From the NCBI GenBank assembly GCA_937944855.1, contig CALFAY010000008.1, forward strand, positions 4,653 to 68,652: DNA of 64,000 nt, in the 5' to 3' direction. Below, piece by piece: positions 20,378 to 28,671 of the stretch. A program made the translations under genes and the position numbers. This stretch comes from an uncultured Planctomycetota bacterium. GTDB lineage: Bacteria > Planctomycetota > Planctomycetia > Gemmatales > HRBIN36. The notes beneath the pieces were generated by a model that worked only from the letters and a program-made list of their open reading frames with translations, had not been told where the DNA came from and ran no database searches. The first letter of the stretch is position 1. Every line of letters begins with the position of its first letter.

Positions 20378-20446
20378 GTCTGGCGCATCCCCCTGCCAAT
20401 TCCTCTCCAGCGTCGGGGGCCGACGGTCTCGTCGAAAAATCGCCCC

Positions 20447-20473
20447 TTGACTTTTGGAGGGGTTTGCTACAAA
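20447..20473 (+). promoter_or_regulatory. Possible promoter for the tetR-efflux operon
   Basis: TTGACT (20447-20452), a 15-nt spacer, then TACAAA. It is followed by ATGTTT-N7-ATGTTT direct repeats (20473-20491) that could be an operator. The spacer is short and the -10 is weak. Confidence 0.3.
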
Positions 20474-20561
20474 TGTTTTAGACGCATGTTTCAATCGCCC
20501 ATTGGGTGCCTCCGTGGGCCTGTACGACGTACTGCCAGCAGGAGGCTTTCGGGACGCTGCC

Positions 20562-21254
20562 ATGCCTGACGACCTGCACTCGTCTTCGGCCGACGCCACG
20601 CAACAACGACTCCTGCAAGCGGCAGGAGAGGTGTTTGCTGAGAAAGGCTTCCACGCCGCCACCGTGCGGGAGATCTGTGCCAGGGCGGGCGTCCATAACA
20701 TCGCGGCCATCAACTACTATTTCCGGGACAAGGAGAATCTGTACGCCGAGACGCTGCGCTTCGCCGCTCGCAGCCCCCTTTACGAAAACCTCGCCTCGGA
20801 ATGGCCGACGTCAGCGGCGACTGCCGAGAAGCTGCGCTGGTTCATCGGGCTGCTAGTGGAAAAGATCGTGCTGGCTTCCCGCGAACGTCCGCTGTGGCAC
20901 ATGCAGCTGATGATGCGGGAACTAACGCAACCCTCGCCGATCGGCGAACGCATCGCTCAGGAGTTCATCCGGCCCGTGTACGAAACCCTGTGGACTATCC
21001 TGCGGGAGGCCTTGCCGCGCGACGTTTCGGAAAAAAAGCTGCATCTGATCTCGTTCAGCATCGTCGGCCAGTGCATGTATCACCGCATCGCCCGGCATGT
21101 CATCCGCCTCATCGTCGGTGAGCAAGAGCAGAACACATATGACGCCAAAACCCTCACGGAGCATATTACTGAGTTCAGCTGTCGGGCCTTGGGATTGGAT
21201 CGGAAAAAGTCGGGGAGCAAGTCGCAGGTCGGCACTCGAGGAGGCAAGCGGTGA
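20562..21254 (+). CDS. TetR/AcrR family transcriptional regulator
   Basis: HTH region RLLQAAGEVFAEKGFHAATVREICARAGVHNIAAINYYFRDKENLY. I start it at ATG 20562; the track ORF begins at TTG 20454. Its stop overlaps the next gene's GTG (GTGA). Confidence 0.85.
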   Translation: MPDDLHSSSADATQQRLLQAAGEVFAEKGFHAATVREICARAGVHNIAAINYYFRDKENLYAETLRFAARSPLYENLASEWPTSAATAEKLRWFIGLLVEKIVLASRERPLWHMQLMMRELTQPSPIGERIAQEFIRPVYETLWTILREALPRDVSEKKLHLISFSIVGQCMYHRIARHVIRLIVGEQEQNTYDAKTLTEHITEFSCRALGLDRKKSGSKSQVGTRGGKR

Positions 21255-22384
21255 TCTGGGTGGCCATTCAAATGTTGACAGGCGACCGGGCGAAGTTCTT
21301 CGGCATCGTCTTCGGGATTGCCTTTGCTTCGCTGCTGATCGCGCAGCAAAGCTCGATCTTCTGCGGGCTGATGCTCATGACCACCAGCCAAATCAAAGAC
21401 ATCCAGGGGGCAGACATCTGGGTGATGAATCCCAACGTCCGCTTCGTGGATGACCTCAAGCCGCTTTCGGAAAACGACCTGTACCGCGTCCGGGGAGTTC
21501 CCGGAGTGCAATGGGCGGTGCGTCTGTACAAGAACCTGAGCCGCGCCCGCCTGGAGAACGGCAATTTTCAACAAGTAATCCTCCTGGGTCTGGACGACTC
21601 CACGTTCGTCGGTGCTCCGGCGGAAATCACGATGGGTTCCCTGGCTGACCTGCGACGACCGGACGCCGTGTTCGTGGACGAAGCAGGTTACCACCTCCTC
21701 TGGCCCGGCGAACCGTTCCAATTAGGACGCACCTTCGAAATGAACGACCGCCGCGCGGTCATCGTCGGCATCTGCAAGGCGTCTCGAACCTTTCAGACCT
21801 TCCCGGTGGTTTACACCCGCTACAGCCAGGCCGTGCAGTTCGCCCCGCCGGAACGCAAAGTGCTGAGCTTCGTTCTGGCTCAGCCCGAACCTGGTCTGTC
21901 GCCGGAGGAAGTGGCAGCCCGCATTACAGCCCAGACCGGCTTGAAGGCCTTGTCCCGGAACGATTTCTCCTGGCTGACCATCCACTACTACTTGCAGAAC
22001 ACCGGCATTCCGATGAATTTCGGGATCACCGTCATCCTCGGCTTTCTGGTCGGCAGCGCCATCGCAGGGCAGACGTTCTACACGTTCACGATCGAGAACC
22101 TGAAGCAGTTCGGGGCCTTGAAAGCGATGGGGGTCAGCAACCTCGGCGTCGTTGGGATGGTCCTGCTGCAAGCTTTGGTGGTCAGCGTACTCGGCTACGG
22201 GATCGGCGTCGGACTGGCGGCGGCCTTCGGGCAGTTCACGCGAAACCAGTCCAAACTCGCCTTCTTCATGCCCTGGGAAGTCTTGGGTCTGACGGCCCTG
22301 GCTGTGCTGGTGATCGCCCTGCTCTCCAGCGTCTTGAGTGTTCGCCGGGTGCTGGTCCTGGAACCGGCCATCGTGTTCCGTTAA
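21251..22384 (+). CDS. DevC/MacB-type (FtsX-fold) ABC efflux permease
   Basis: 377 aa. One N-terminal TM, a periplasmic domain, then 3 C-terminal TMs (FtsX-like: GALKAMGVSN...). GTG start coupled to tetR. Confidence 0.85.
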   Translation: MIWVAIQMLTGDRAKFFGIVFGIAFASLLIAQQSSIFCGLMLMTTSQIKDIQGADIWVMNPNVRFVDDLKPLSENDLYRVRGVPGVQWAVRLYKNLSRARLENGNFQQVILLGLDDSTFVGAPAEITMGSLADLRRPDAVFVDEAGYHLLWPGEPFQLGRTFEMNDRRAVIVGICKASRTFQTFPVVYTRYSQAVQFAPPERKVLSFVLAQPEPGLSPEEVAARITAQTGLKALSRNDFSWLTIHYYLQNTGIPMNFGITVILGFLVGSAIAGQTFYTFTIENLKQFGALKAMGVSNLGVVGMVLLQALVVSVLGYGIGVGLAAAFGQFTRNQSKLAFFMPWEVLGLTALAVLVIALLSSVLSVRRVLVLEPAIVFR

Positions 22385-22448
22385 AGCACCGCTCCCGACG
22401 ATCAAGCAGCCACGACGGCAAGAGAACGCCGCTTTTGGGGAGAGGCAA

Positions 22449-23288
22449 GTGCTCCAGAGCTATTTGCAAAAGGAATTCCTGACCGAGTCTGTGGCACGAC
22501 GGCAAACACCGGGCGCTTCGGCTGTGATCTGTCGCAGTGTGACCAAAGTCTTTGGCGAAGGCGAAACGCAGGTGCAGGCGCTTCGCGGCGTGGACCTGGA
22601 AGCGCCCTACGGCGAAATGAGCCTGCTGGTCGGGCCGAGCGGCTGCGGCAAGACGACGTTGCTGTCCGTCATGGCAGGCATTCTGGAGCCGACTTCGGGC
22701 AGCGTGACCGTGCTCGGTCAAGCTTTGGACCAGCTGAGGGGGCAGGCACTTGTCCGTTTCCGGGGCCAGAACATCGGATTCATCTTTCAACAGTACAATC
22801 TGCTCCCGGCGCTGACGGCAGCGGAAAACGCGGCCATTCCGCTGCTCATTCAGGGTTGGTCGCGCCGGAAGGCCGTCGCCAAGGCCAAGGAACTTCTGGA
22901 TGCCGTTGGCGTCGGTGCTCGTGCCCATGCTCTGCCGTCGCAACTGTCCGGCGGCCAGCAACAGCGAGTCGCCATAGCACGGGCATTGGTCCACGAACCG
23001 CGGCTGCTGATCTGCGATGAGCCGACCTCGGCCCTCGACGGCGACACCGGCCACGTCATCATGGACATCATCCGCCGCGTCGGAGTCGGACCGGATCGAG
23101 CCGTTATCGTTGTGACCCACGACAGCCGCGTCTTCGAGTTCGGGGACCGCATCATCCACATGAACGACGGCCGGGTCGTGAAGACGGAATCGAACGGCTC
23201 TGCGGGTCCGCGAGTTTCCGTGAACCCGAGTCCAGCCCAGGAAATCCTGACCGAACAAGCCAGGCAAACTCGTGGGAGATCCCAATGA
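22449..23288 (+). CDS. ABC transporter ATP-binding protein (DevA/LolD-like)
   Basis: Walker A GPSGCGKTT, Q-loop FIFQQYNL, signature LSGGQQQR, Walker B LLICDEPTSALD. I chose the GTG at 22449, which has GGGGAGAGG 4 nt upstream. The track start at 22338 would overlap the permease. Confidence 0.88.
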   Translation: MLQSYLQKEFLTESVARRQTPGASAVICRSVTKVFGEGETQVQALRGVDLEAPYGEMSLLVGPSGCGKTTLLSVMAGILEPTSGSVTVLGQALDQLRGQALVRFRGQNIGFIFQQYNLLPALTAAENAAIPLLIQGWSRRKAVAKAKELLDAVGVGARAHALPSQLSGGQQQRVAIARALVHEPRLLICDEPTSALDGDTGHVIMDIIRRVGVGPDRAVIVVTHDSRVFEFGDRIIHMNDGRVVKTESNGSAGPRVSVNPSPAQEILTEQARQTRGRSQ

Positions 23289-24439
23289 TCCGCAAACTTG
23301 TACTTCCGCTTATCGCCGCGGGTATGCTCGGTTTCGCCGTCTGGCATGTCATCGCCGCGCACCAGACAGTCAAGAAAGTGGAACCGCCCATCGAACCGGC
23401 CCGCAATCCGTTCAGCAAGACCGTTGCGGGCGCCGGACTGATCGAAGCTCAAACCGAGAACATCCAAGTCGGCTCGCCTTTGCCCGGCATTGTGACCAAA
23501 GTGTATGTCAAACCCGGCCAGCGCGTGTCGGCCGGCGATCCGCTTTTCACTCTCGACGACCGGGAATTGCAAGCCGAGCTGCGGATCCGCAAAGCCGAAC
23601 TCGAGTCCGCGAAGGCGGAATTGGATCGCTTGGAACGCCTGCCCCGACCGGAAGAGGTGCGGATCAAGGAGGCACGGGTCCGCGAACTTCGGGCGGCCTT
23701 GGCGGAACAGAAGTCTCAGCTGGATCTGGCGGAAAGCTCGTTCCGAGGTCGGGCGGGTGCTGTTTCCCTGGAGGAAATGGTCCGCAGGCTACAGGCCTTT
23801 GAGATGGCCAAGGAACAACTGGCCTGGGCGGAGGCCGATCTCCAGTTGCTTCAAGCCGGGGCCTGGGAACCCGACAAGGCCATCGCCCAAGCGGCGGTCG
23901 AGATGGCATCAGCCAAACTGCGACAGACCGAAACCAACCTGGAACGGCTGACTGTGCGAGCGCTGGTGGACGGGGAAGTGTTGCAAGTCAACGTCCGACC
24001 AGGGGAGTATGTCGGTGCTCCGTCCAGTCAAGCTCTGATCGTTCTCGGCAATATCCAGCAATTGCATGTTCGCGTGGACATCGACGAGCACGATGTTCCT
24101 CGCTTCGTTCCCGGAGCCGCTGCCTGGGCTGTCCTGCGGGGTGACATGGAGAAGAAATTTCCGTTGCGGTTCGTCCGCGTGGAACCTTTCGTCATCCCGA
24201 AAAAGTCGCTGACCGGCGACAATCGGGAGCGGGTCGATACGCGCGTGTTGCAGGTGATCTTCGCCTTCGATCCCACGCCAAATCATGTCTATGTCGGCAT
24301 GCAGGTGGACGTGTTCATCGATGCCGATGTTCCAACTGAGTCTGAATCCCCCGGCGATCAGGGAGTCGAACGGAACGAGAAGCCGAATGCCCCCAAGGAC
24401 GGCATGGAAGATCAGGCGAGACTTCGCTCCGGCTTGTGA
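23285..24439 (+). CDS. HlyD/DevB-type periplasmic adaptor (membrane fusion) protein
   Basis: 384 aa. ATGA overlap with the ATPase gene. N-terminal TM, lipoyl-like motif VKPGQRVSAGDPLFTLDDRELQAEL, coiled-coil hairpin, beta-barrel. Confidence 0.85.
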   Translation: MIRKLVLPLIAAGMLGFAVWHVIAAHQTVKKVEPPIEPARNPFSKTVAGAGLIEAQTENIQVGSPLPGIVTKVYVKPGQRVSAGDPLFTLDDRELQAELRIRKAELESAKAELDRLERLPRPEEVRIKEARVRELRAALAEQKSQLDLAESSFRGRAGAVSLEEMVRRLQAFEMAKEQLAWAEADLQLLQAGAWEPDKAIAQAAVEMASAKLRQTETNLERLTVRALVDGEVLQVNVRPGEYVGAPSSQALIVLGNIQQLHVRVDIDEHDVPRFVPGAAAWAVLRGDMEKKFPLRFVRVEPFVIPKKSLTGDNRERVDTRVLQVIFAFDPTPNHVYVGMQVDVFIDADVPTESESPGDQGVERNEKPNAPKDGMEDQARLRSGL

Positions 24440-24472
24440 CCTCGCGGAGACGGAATCGTGCCTGGGAGCGAT

Positions 24473-26107
24473 TCAGCGCTCCGCATACAGTGTCTCCAAT
24501 CGGTCCCGGTAGCGTTCGTAGATGACGCCGCGACGCAACTTCAGGCTCACGGTCAGTTCGCCAGCCTCCTGACTGAACGGACGCGGAAGCAGGATGAACT
24601 TGTGCACCTTTTCCCACGATGCCGCATTGATCAGGGCGGCGTTCACGCGCTCGGCTACAAGAGCCATTGCCCGCGGATGCTGGACCAGCTTCTCGTCATC
24701 TCCTGGTTCGACACCCTGTTCCCGCAAGACAGAACGTAGTCGTCCGAGATTGGGCACGATCAATGCCGTCAGGTAATTCTTCCCTTCGCCGAAGACGACG
24801 ACCTGTTCGATGATCGGCTCGGCCATGAGCAGGTTCTCGATCTCGGAAGGGATTACTTTCTTGCCGTTGGACAGCACGATCAGATCCTTCTTGCGTCCGG
24901 TAATGGTGAGGTAGCCGTCCGAGTCGAGTTGCCCCAAATCGCCGGTGTGCAGCCAGCCGTCCCGGATGGTCTCGGCTGTGGCCTTGGGATCCTTCCAGTA
25001 CCCCTTCATCACATGCGGGCCGCGAGTCAGCACTTCGCCATCGGGAGCGATGCGGATCTCGACGCCAGGCACGGCCTGACCGACCGTGCCAACGCGGTTC
25101 GCATCGCGACGATTGAACGAGATCACCGGCGAAGTCTCGGTCAGTCCGTAGCCTTGCAACAACAGCAAGCCTGCGTCGATGTAGGTCTGAGCGATGGCGG
25201 GAGGCAACGGTGCGCCGCCGGAGTTGAGCCATTCCAGACGCTTCCCGAACACATACTTCAGCCGGTCTTTGCCCACGGCAGCCAATACCTTCTCATAAAA
25301 CCGCGGTACGGCGGAAATGCTTGTGGGATTGCATTCGGCCGCGTTTTGCAGGACGGTTTCCGCGGACTCGGCCAGGCACAGCACGCATCCGGCTTCCAAA
25401 TGCAGATAGTGATCGACCAGCCGGGCGTAGATGTGGCTCAGCGGCAACCAGCCGAGGATGACGCTGTCCGGTCTCACGCCGCTGCCTTCGATCATGCTCT
25501 CGGCATTGCTCAGCAGATTGCCGTGCGTCAGCATCACGCCTTTCGGATTGCCGGTCGTCCCGGAGGTGTACATGATCGTGGCCAAGTCATCGCGGCCCAC
25601 GGTCGCCAGGCGGCTGTCGATCTCGCTGCGCTGAGCAGGCAAGACGGCGAAGCCGCGAGCCAGGAACCCCGGCCAAGTCATCGTCCCCTCGGCTTGCCCA
25701 TCGAACAAGACCACCCCTTTGAGCGGCAGATCGCCCAAGAGCGGCCGAAGCTGCTCGTAATGGCCAGGAGAGGCGAGGAACATCCAGGAGATTTCCGCGT
25801 GGCGGAATTGCACTTCAATCTGCTTGGGCGATAGCGTGCTGTGGGCCGGGACGTTGACGGCCCCCGCGGTCAGGATCGCCATGTCGGTTAGGAGCCATTC
25901 GAGCCGATTCTCAGACCACAGCCCCACGCGATCCCCCGGTTGGATCCCGGCTTGGATCAATACAGCAGCGCCGGCGGCAGCGCGGTCGGCGTACTCCCGC
26001 CAGGTCAGGTCGTGGTACAGGCCGTGACGGCGATAGCGAAGGGCAACCCGAGATCCTAACCGATCCGCCTGACGGCGCAGCAGCGCACCCAAGTTCGGCT
26101 CGTGCAT
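24473..26107 (-). CDS. Long-chain fatty acid-CoA ligase (AMP-forming)
   Basis: 544 aa from ATG 26107 (MHEPNLGALLRRQADRLG). AMP-binding motifs YTSGTTGNPKGVMLTH, GYGLTETS, TGDLG and GRKKDLI. The track ORF extends to 26635, but that part overlaps the STAS gene and is Arg/Pro/Cys-rich junk. Confidence 0.88.
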   Translation of the reverse strand: MHEPNLGALLRRQADRLGSRVALRYRRHGLYHDLTWREYADRAAAGAAVLIQAGIQPGDRVGLWSENRLEWLLTDMAILTAGAVNVPAHSTLSPKQIEVQFRHAEISWMFLASPGHYEQLRPLLGDLPLKGVVLFDGQAEGTMTWPGFLARGFAVLPAQRSEIDSRLATVGRDDLATIMYTSGTTGNPKGVMLTHGNLLSNAESMIEGSGVRPDSVILGWLPLSHIYARLVDHYLHLEAGCVLCLAESAETVLQNAAECNPTSISAVPRFYEKVLAAVGKDRLKYVFGKRLEWLNSGGAPLPPAIAQTYIDAGLLLLQGYGLTETSPVISFNRRDANRVGTVGQAVPGVEIRIAPDGEVLTRGPHVMKGYWKDPKATAETIRDGWLHTGDLGQLDSDGYLTITGRKKDLIVLSNGKKVIPSEIENLLMAEPIIEQVVVFGEGKNYLTALIVPNLGRLRSVLREQGVEPGDDEKLVQHPRAMALVAERVNAALINAASWEKVHKFILLPRPFSQEAGELTVSLKLRRGVIYERYRDRLETLYAER

Positions 26108-26108
26108 C

Positions 26109-26639
26109 CTAACCCTCCTGCACGGGCTTATTCGATTGGGACGGTTCCTCTCCACCTTCCGGGGACAGGGGCGGCAGGCATTCCGCGATGCGGGCAAAGA
26201 CATTCCCGGCAAGACCGGCCAGCGTGTGATGTGCTTCCAGGGCACAGGCCCGGACCTGACTCGATCCTCCCGTCTCCGGGTCCATCGGCGTCCAGTCTCC
26301 CTCGGGCGGCGATTCTCCCTCGGCAAGTTCGAACAGGTCGGCGACGCCCATTTCCCGAAGCAGCCTGCGGCTGTCCTCGGATGGATTGATGACCCGCAGA
26401 CGTCCCCGGCCGAGGCCGCTGATCTGCCGTTGCAGACATAGCAGCGTGCCGATGAAGGTGCTGTCCATGTGCCTGCACTGGGACAGATCCAGAAGCAAGG
26501 TCCCGCCCCGATCGCGCAACCAGTAGCGGGCGAAGGCGCGCACCGCCGGGCTGTGGAGCAATGTGGCCCGCCCGCTGACGGCAATCCAGGCAACGTCTCC
26601 CTTACGCAACAACCGCACGGTGGGTGGCGTGACACTCAT
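26109..26639 (-). CDS. STAS-domain protein (anti-sigma-factor antagonist-like) with a ~60-aa acidic C-terminal extension
   Basis: 176 aa. LLLDLSQCRHMDSTFIGTLL matches the SpoIIAA/RsbV phospho-Ser loop context (DS[ST]). Its TAG stop (26109-26111) lies 1 nt from the ATG of the acyl-CoA ligase. Confidence 0.8.
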   Translation of the reverse strand: MSVTPPTVRLLRKGDVAWIAVSGRATLLHSPAVRAFARYWLRDRGGTLLLDLSQCRHMDSTFIGTLLCLQRQISGLGRGRLRVINPSEDSRRLLREMGVADLFELAEGESPPEGDWTPMDPETGGSSQVRACALEAHHTLAGLAGNVFARIAECLPPLSPEGGEEPSQSNKPVQEG

Positions 26640-26739
26640 AATCGGTTTCCGCTACTTACCGCCCGGGGCAATTTGTCAAGGGGTTCTCAGGGCCTGAGCA
26701 GAATCGCTTTTCATCTGCCGATCAAAGCCCGCCGATGCC

Positions 26740-26769
26740 TTGCCCAAGTACCTCGGCAGAGTGTAGCAT
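26740..26769 (+). promoter_or_regulatory. Possible sigma70-like promoter for the CBS-PP2C gene
   Basis: TTGCCC (26740-26745), an 18-nt spacer, then TAGCAT (26764-26769). If real, it excludes the upstream ATGs at 26735 and 26768 as start codons. Confidence 0.35.
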
Positions 26770-26860
26770 GAGTCTTCCCGGTTCACCAGACGGATGCCCG
26801 TCGAGGCTGGGTTGGCGAAGGAGAACGACTACCGTTCGCCGCACCGGAACGAAATCTTCT

Positions 26861-28048
26861 ATGGAATTCAGCCCTTTACTCACTGTACGTCAGATGATGG
26901 TCTCTCAGCTCGTGGTGGTTGACCCGAATTTGCCGGTTCGTGATGTCGTCGGTCTGATGAACCGACACCGCCTCGGAGCCATTCTTATTGTCGGACCTCG
27001 CGGCCTGGAAGGCATCTTCACGGAACGCGACTTCCTCCGCCGGGCTGTAGATGCCCCTCCGCACTGGGAGCAACTTCCCATCTGTCAATGGATGACGCCC
27101 AATCCGCACACGATCTCCCCTGACGCCACCTGGGAACAAGCACGGGCGACGATGGACCGGCTCCAGATCCGTCATTTGCCGGTTATCGAGACTGGCAAGT
27201 TGGTGGGCATCGTCACCGCCCGGGACATCATGAAGCGGGCCAATGAATACCTTAACAGCGTCATCGAAGATCGCACCCTGGAATTGCGGGAAGCCAACGA
27301 ACGGCTGCAACGGCGCGATGCTGAATTGACCTATCACATGGCCGTTGCCGGCAAGATCCAGGCTCGTCTGCTCCCCGACGAACCGCCGCGTTTGCCCGAG
27401 ATCGAATGGTCCGCCCTCTACCAGCCGCTCGATCCGCTTGGCGGCGACTACTACGACTTTTCTTCCCCGACGCCCAACCACCTGGGCATCATCATCGCCG
27501 ACGCGACCGGCCACAGCATTCCGGCGGCCCTGGTCGCTCTGATGGCGCGGATGGCATTCGCTCTGTCGGCCCGAGGCATGACTTCTCCCGCCGCCGTGCT
27601 CTCGCGCATGAATCACCTTCTGCACGGAATCAGCGGGGAGCATTTTGTCACGGCATTTTACGGCATCTTCGAACGGCCCACGCGGCGACTGACCTTCGCC
27701 AATGCCGGACAGCCCTACCCGTACCGCTTCAATGCCGCGACCCAAAAGGCCGAGCCGCTGCTGGCCCGTGGACTCATGCTCGGCATCCTGCAACACGCCG
27801 AGTACGAAGAGCAGACCGTTCAACTCGAACCCGGCGACCGTCTGGTCTGTTACACCGACGGCTTGCCGGACTGTCGCAACTGGGCAGGGGAATACTTCGG
27901 AGCCGCTCGCATCGTCGAGGTGCTGGAAGCGTCGAGCCAGGATTCGGCAGAGTCGCTGACACGCCGGTTGATTCATCAGGTGGAGGCTTTCCGCGACGGC
28001 AAACCGGCCACTGACGACCTGACCATTTTGACAGCTGTGATCAAGTAG
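26861..28048 (+). CDS. CBS-pair + PP2C/SpoIIE-family serine phosphatase (RsbU-like)
   Basis: Two CBS motifs (VRDVVGLMNRHRLGAILIV; ARATMDRLQIRHLPVIETGKLVGIVTARDI). A coiled-coil linker follows. SpoIIE-type motifs are GGDYYDF, IIIADATGHSIPAAL and LVCYTDGLPD. Start taken as ATG 26861; 26735 and 26768 are alternatives. Confidence 0.85.
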   Translation: MEFSPLLTVRQMMVSQLVVVDPNLPVRDVVGLMNRHRLGAILIVGPRGLEGIFTERDFLRRAVDAPPHWEQLPICQWMTPNPHTISPDATWEQARATMDRLQIRHLPVIETGKLVGIVTARDIMKRANEYLNSVIEDRTLELREANERLQRRDAELTYHMAVAGKIQARLLPDEPPRLPEIEWSALYQPLDPLGGDYYDFSSPTPNHLGIIIADATGHSIPAALVALMARMAFALSARGMTSPAAVLSRMNHLLHGISGEHFVTAFYGIFERPTRRLTFANAGQPYPYRFNAATQKAEPLLARGLMLGILQHAEYEEQTVQLEPGDRLVCYTDGLPDCRNWAGEYFGAARIVEVLEASSQDSAESLTRRLIHQVEAFRDGKPATDDLTILTAVIK

Positions 28049-28051
28049 GCG

Positions 28052-28666
28052 TCAATCGCCTTTCGGGGTCTCTGGTCGCGGATGCTGATCTGCGGTGCTT
28101 TGGACGAAGAGCTTCGCCTGCTGAATCCACTCTTCAAGCTCGGTACAAGTCATCGGAGCATGAGCGAATTTGACCAAGTCCGCGCGGTTCAGGAATCGCG
28201 CCAGAAACTCCTTGCTGGAATCCGGCATCACGTTGTGGTCTGACAAGCTGGCCAGAAACTCGGGCGTGGTCTGCTCCAGGGCGGGAAACTTGAAGCGTTG
28301 CTCGACATAGCGGCGTACCACGAAGGTAAGCGTCGTGCAGAAGCGTTCCACTGCCGCGGGGTCAGGCTCAGTTTGCAGTGACTTGTGCAAGCGATCCAAT
28401 TCCGCCAAGGCGATGGCCACCGGGGACTGACGGACTGATCTTCGCGGTCTGGGCCTTGCGCTCAAAAGCAGCCGGACGGCCAACGCAACGGACCCAATGA
28501 CCAGGATCAGTCCAACGATCCCTTTCCAGGTCCAACTTGGCGGAATCTCCTCTGGTCCGACGTTGGGCCGCAAGTCCAGCTTGGGGACGGCAGGCGACGC
28601 CGGTGGGGTTTCGGAACCACCCATCGGCAGGGCAGTCAGGCCCAACAAGAAAACCGCCCACGCCAT
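28052..28666 (-). CDS. DUF4381-like membrane protein
   Basis: 204 aa with a signal-like N-terminus and an internal TM (IVGLILVIGSVALAVRLLL). The C-terminal part, FLARFLNRADLVKFAHAPMT, resembles the DUF4381 family. The family call comes from memory of the motif. The start lies 5 nt after the acs stop. Confidence 0.65.
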   Translation of the reverse strand: MAWAVFLLGLTALPMGGSETPPASPAVPKLDLRPNVGPEEIPPSWTWKGIVGLILVIGSVALAVRLLLSARPRPRRSVRQSPVAIALAELDRLHKSLQTEPDPAAVERFCTTLTFVVRRYVEQRFKFPALEQTTPEFLASLSDHNVMPDSSKEFLARFLNRADLVKFAHAPMTCTELEEWIQQAKLFVQSTADQHPRPETPKGD

Positions 28667-28671
28667 GCCGC

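Noticed and set aside
20411-20434. Overlapping short hairpins CGTCGG-GGG-CCGACG and CGACG-GTCT-CGTCG after ettA as a terminator or attenuator
   Set aside because: Stems are only 5-6 bp and no T-run follows. Such short GC palindromes are frequent in this composition. Similar weak hairpins at 24465-24482 and 38989-39003 were also not called.
26108-26635. N-terminal 176 codons of the 720-aa acyl-CoA ligase ORF
   Set aside because: This stretch overlaps, in another frame, the STAS gene, which has proper domain motifs, and the extension is Cys/Arg/Pro-rich. ATG 26107 gives a normal 544-aa ligase.
26651-26679. Perfect TTGACA (reverse strand, 26674-26679) upstream of the STAS gene as a promoter
   Set aside because: The best -10 candidates at proper spacing (AGTAGC / TAAGTA) are poor, and the implied transcript would be almost leaderless. 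Evidence is insufficient.
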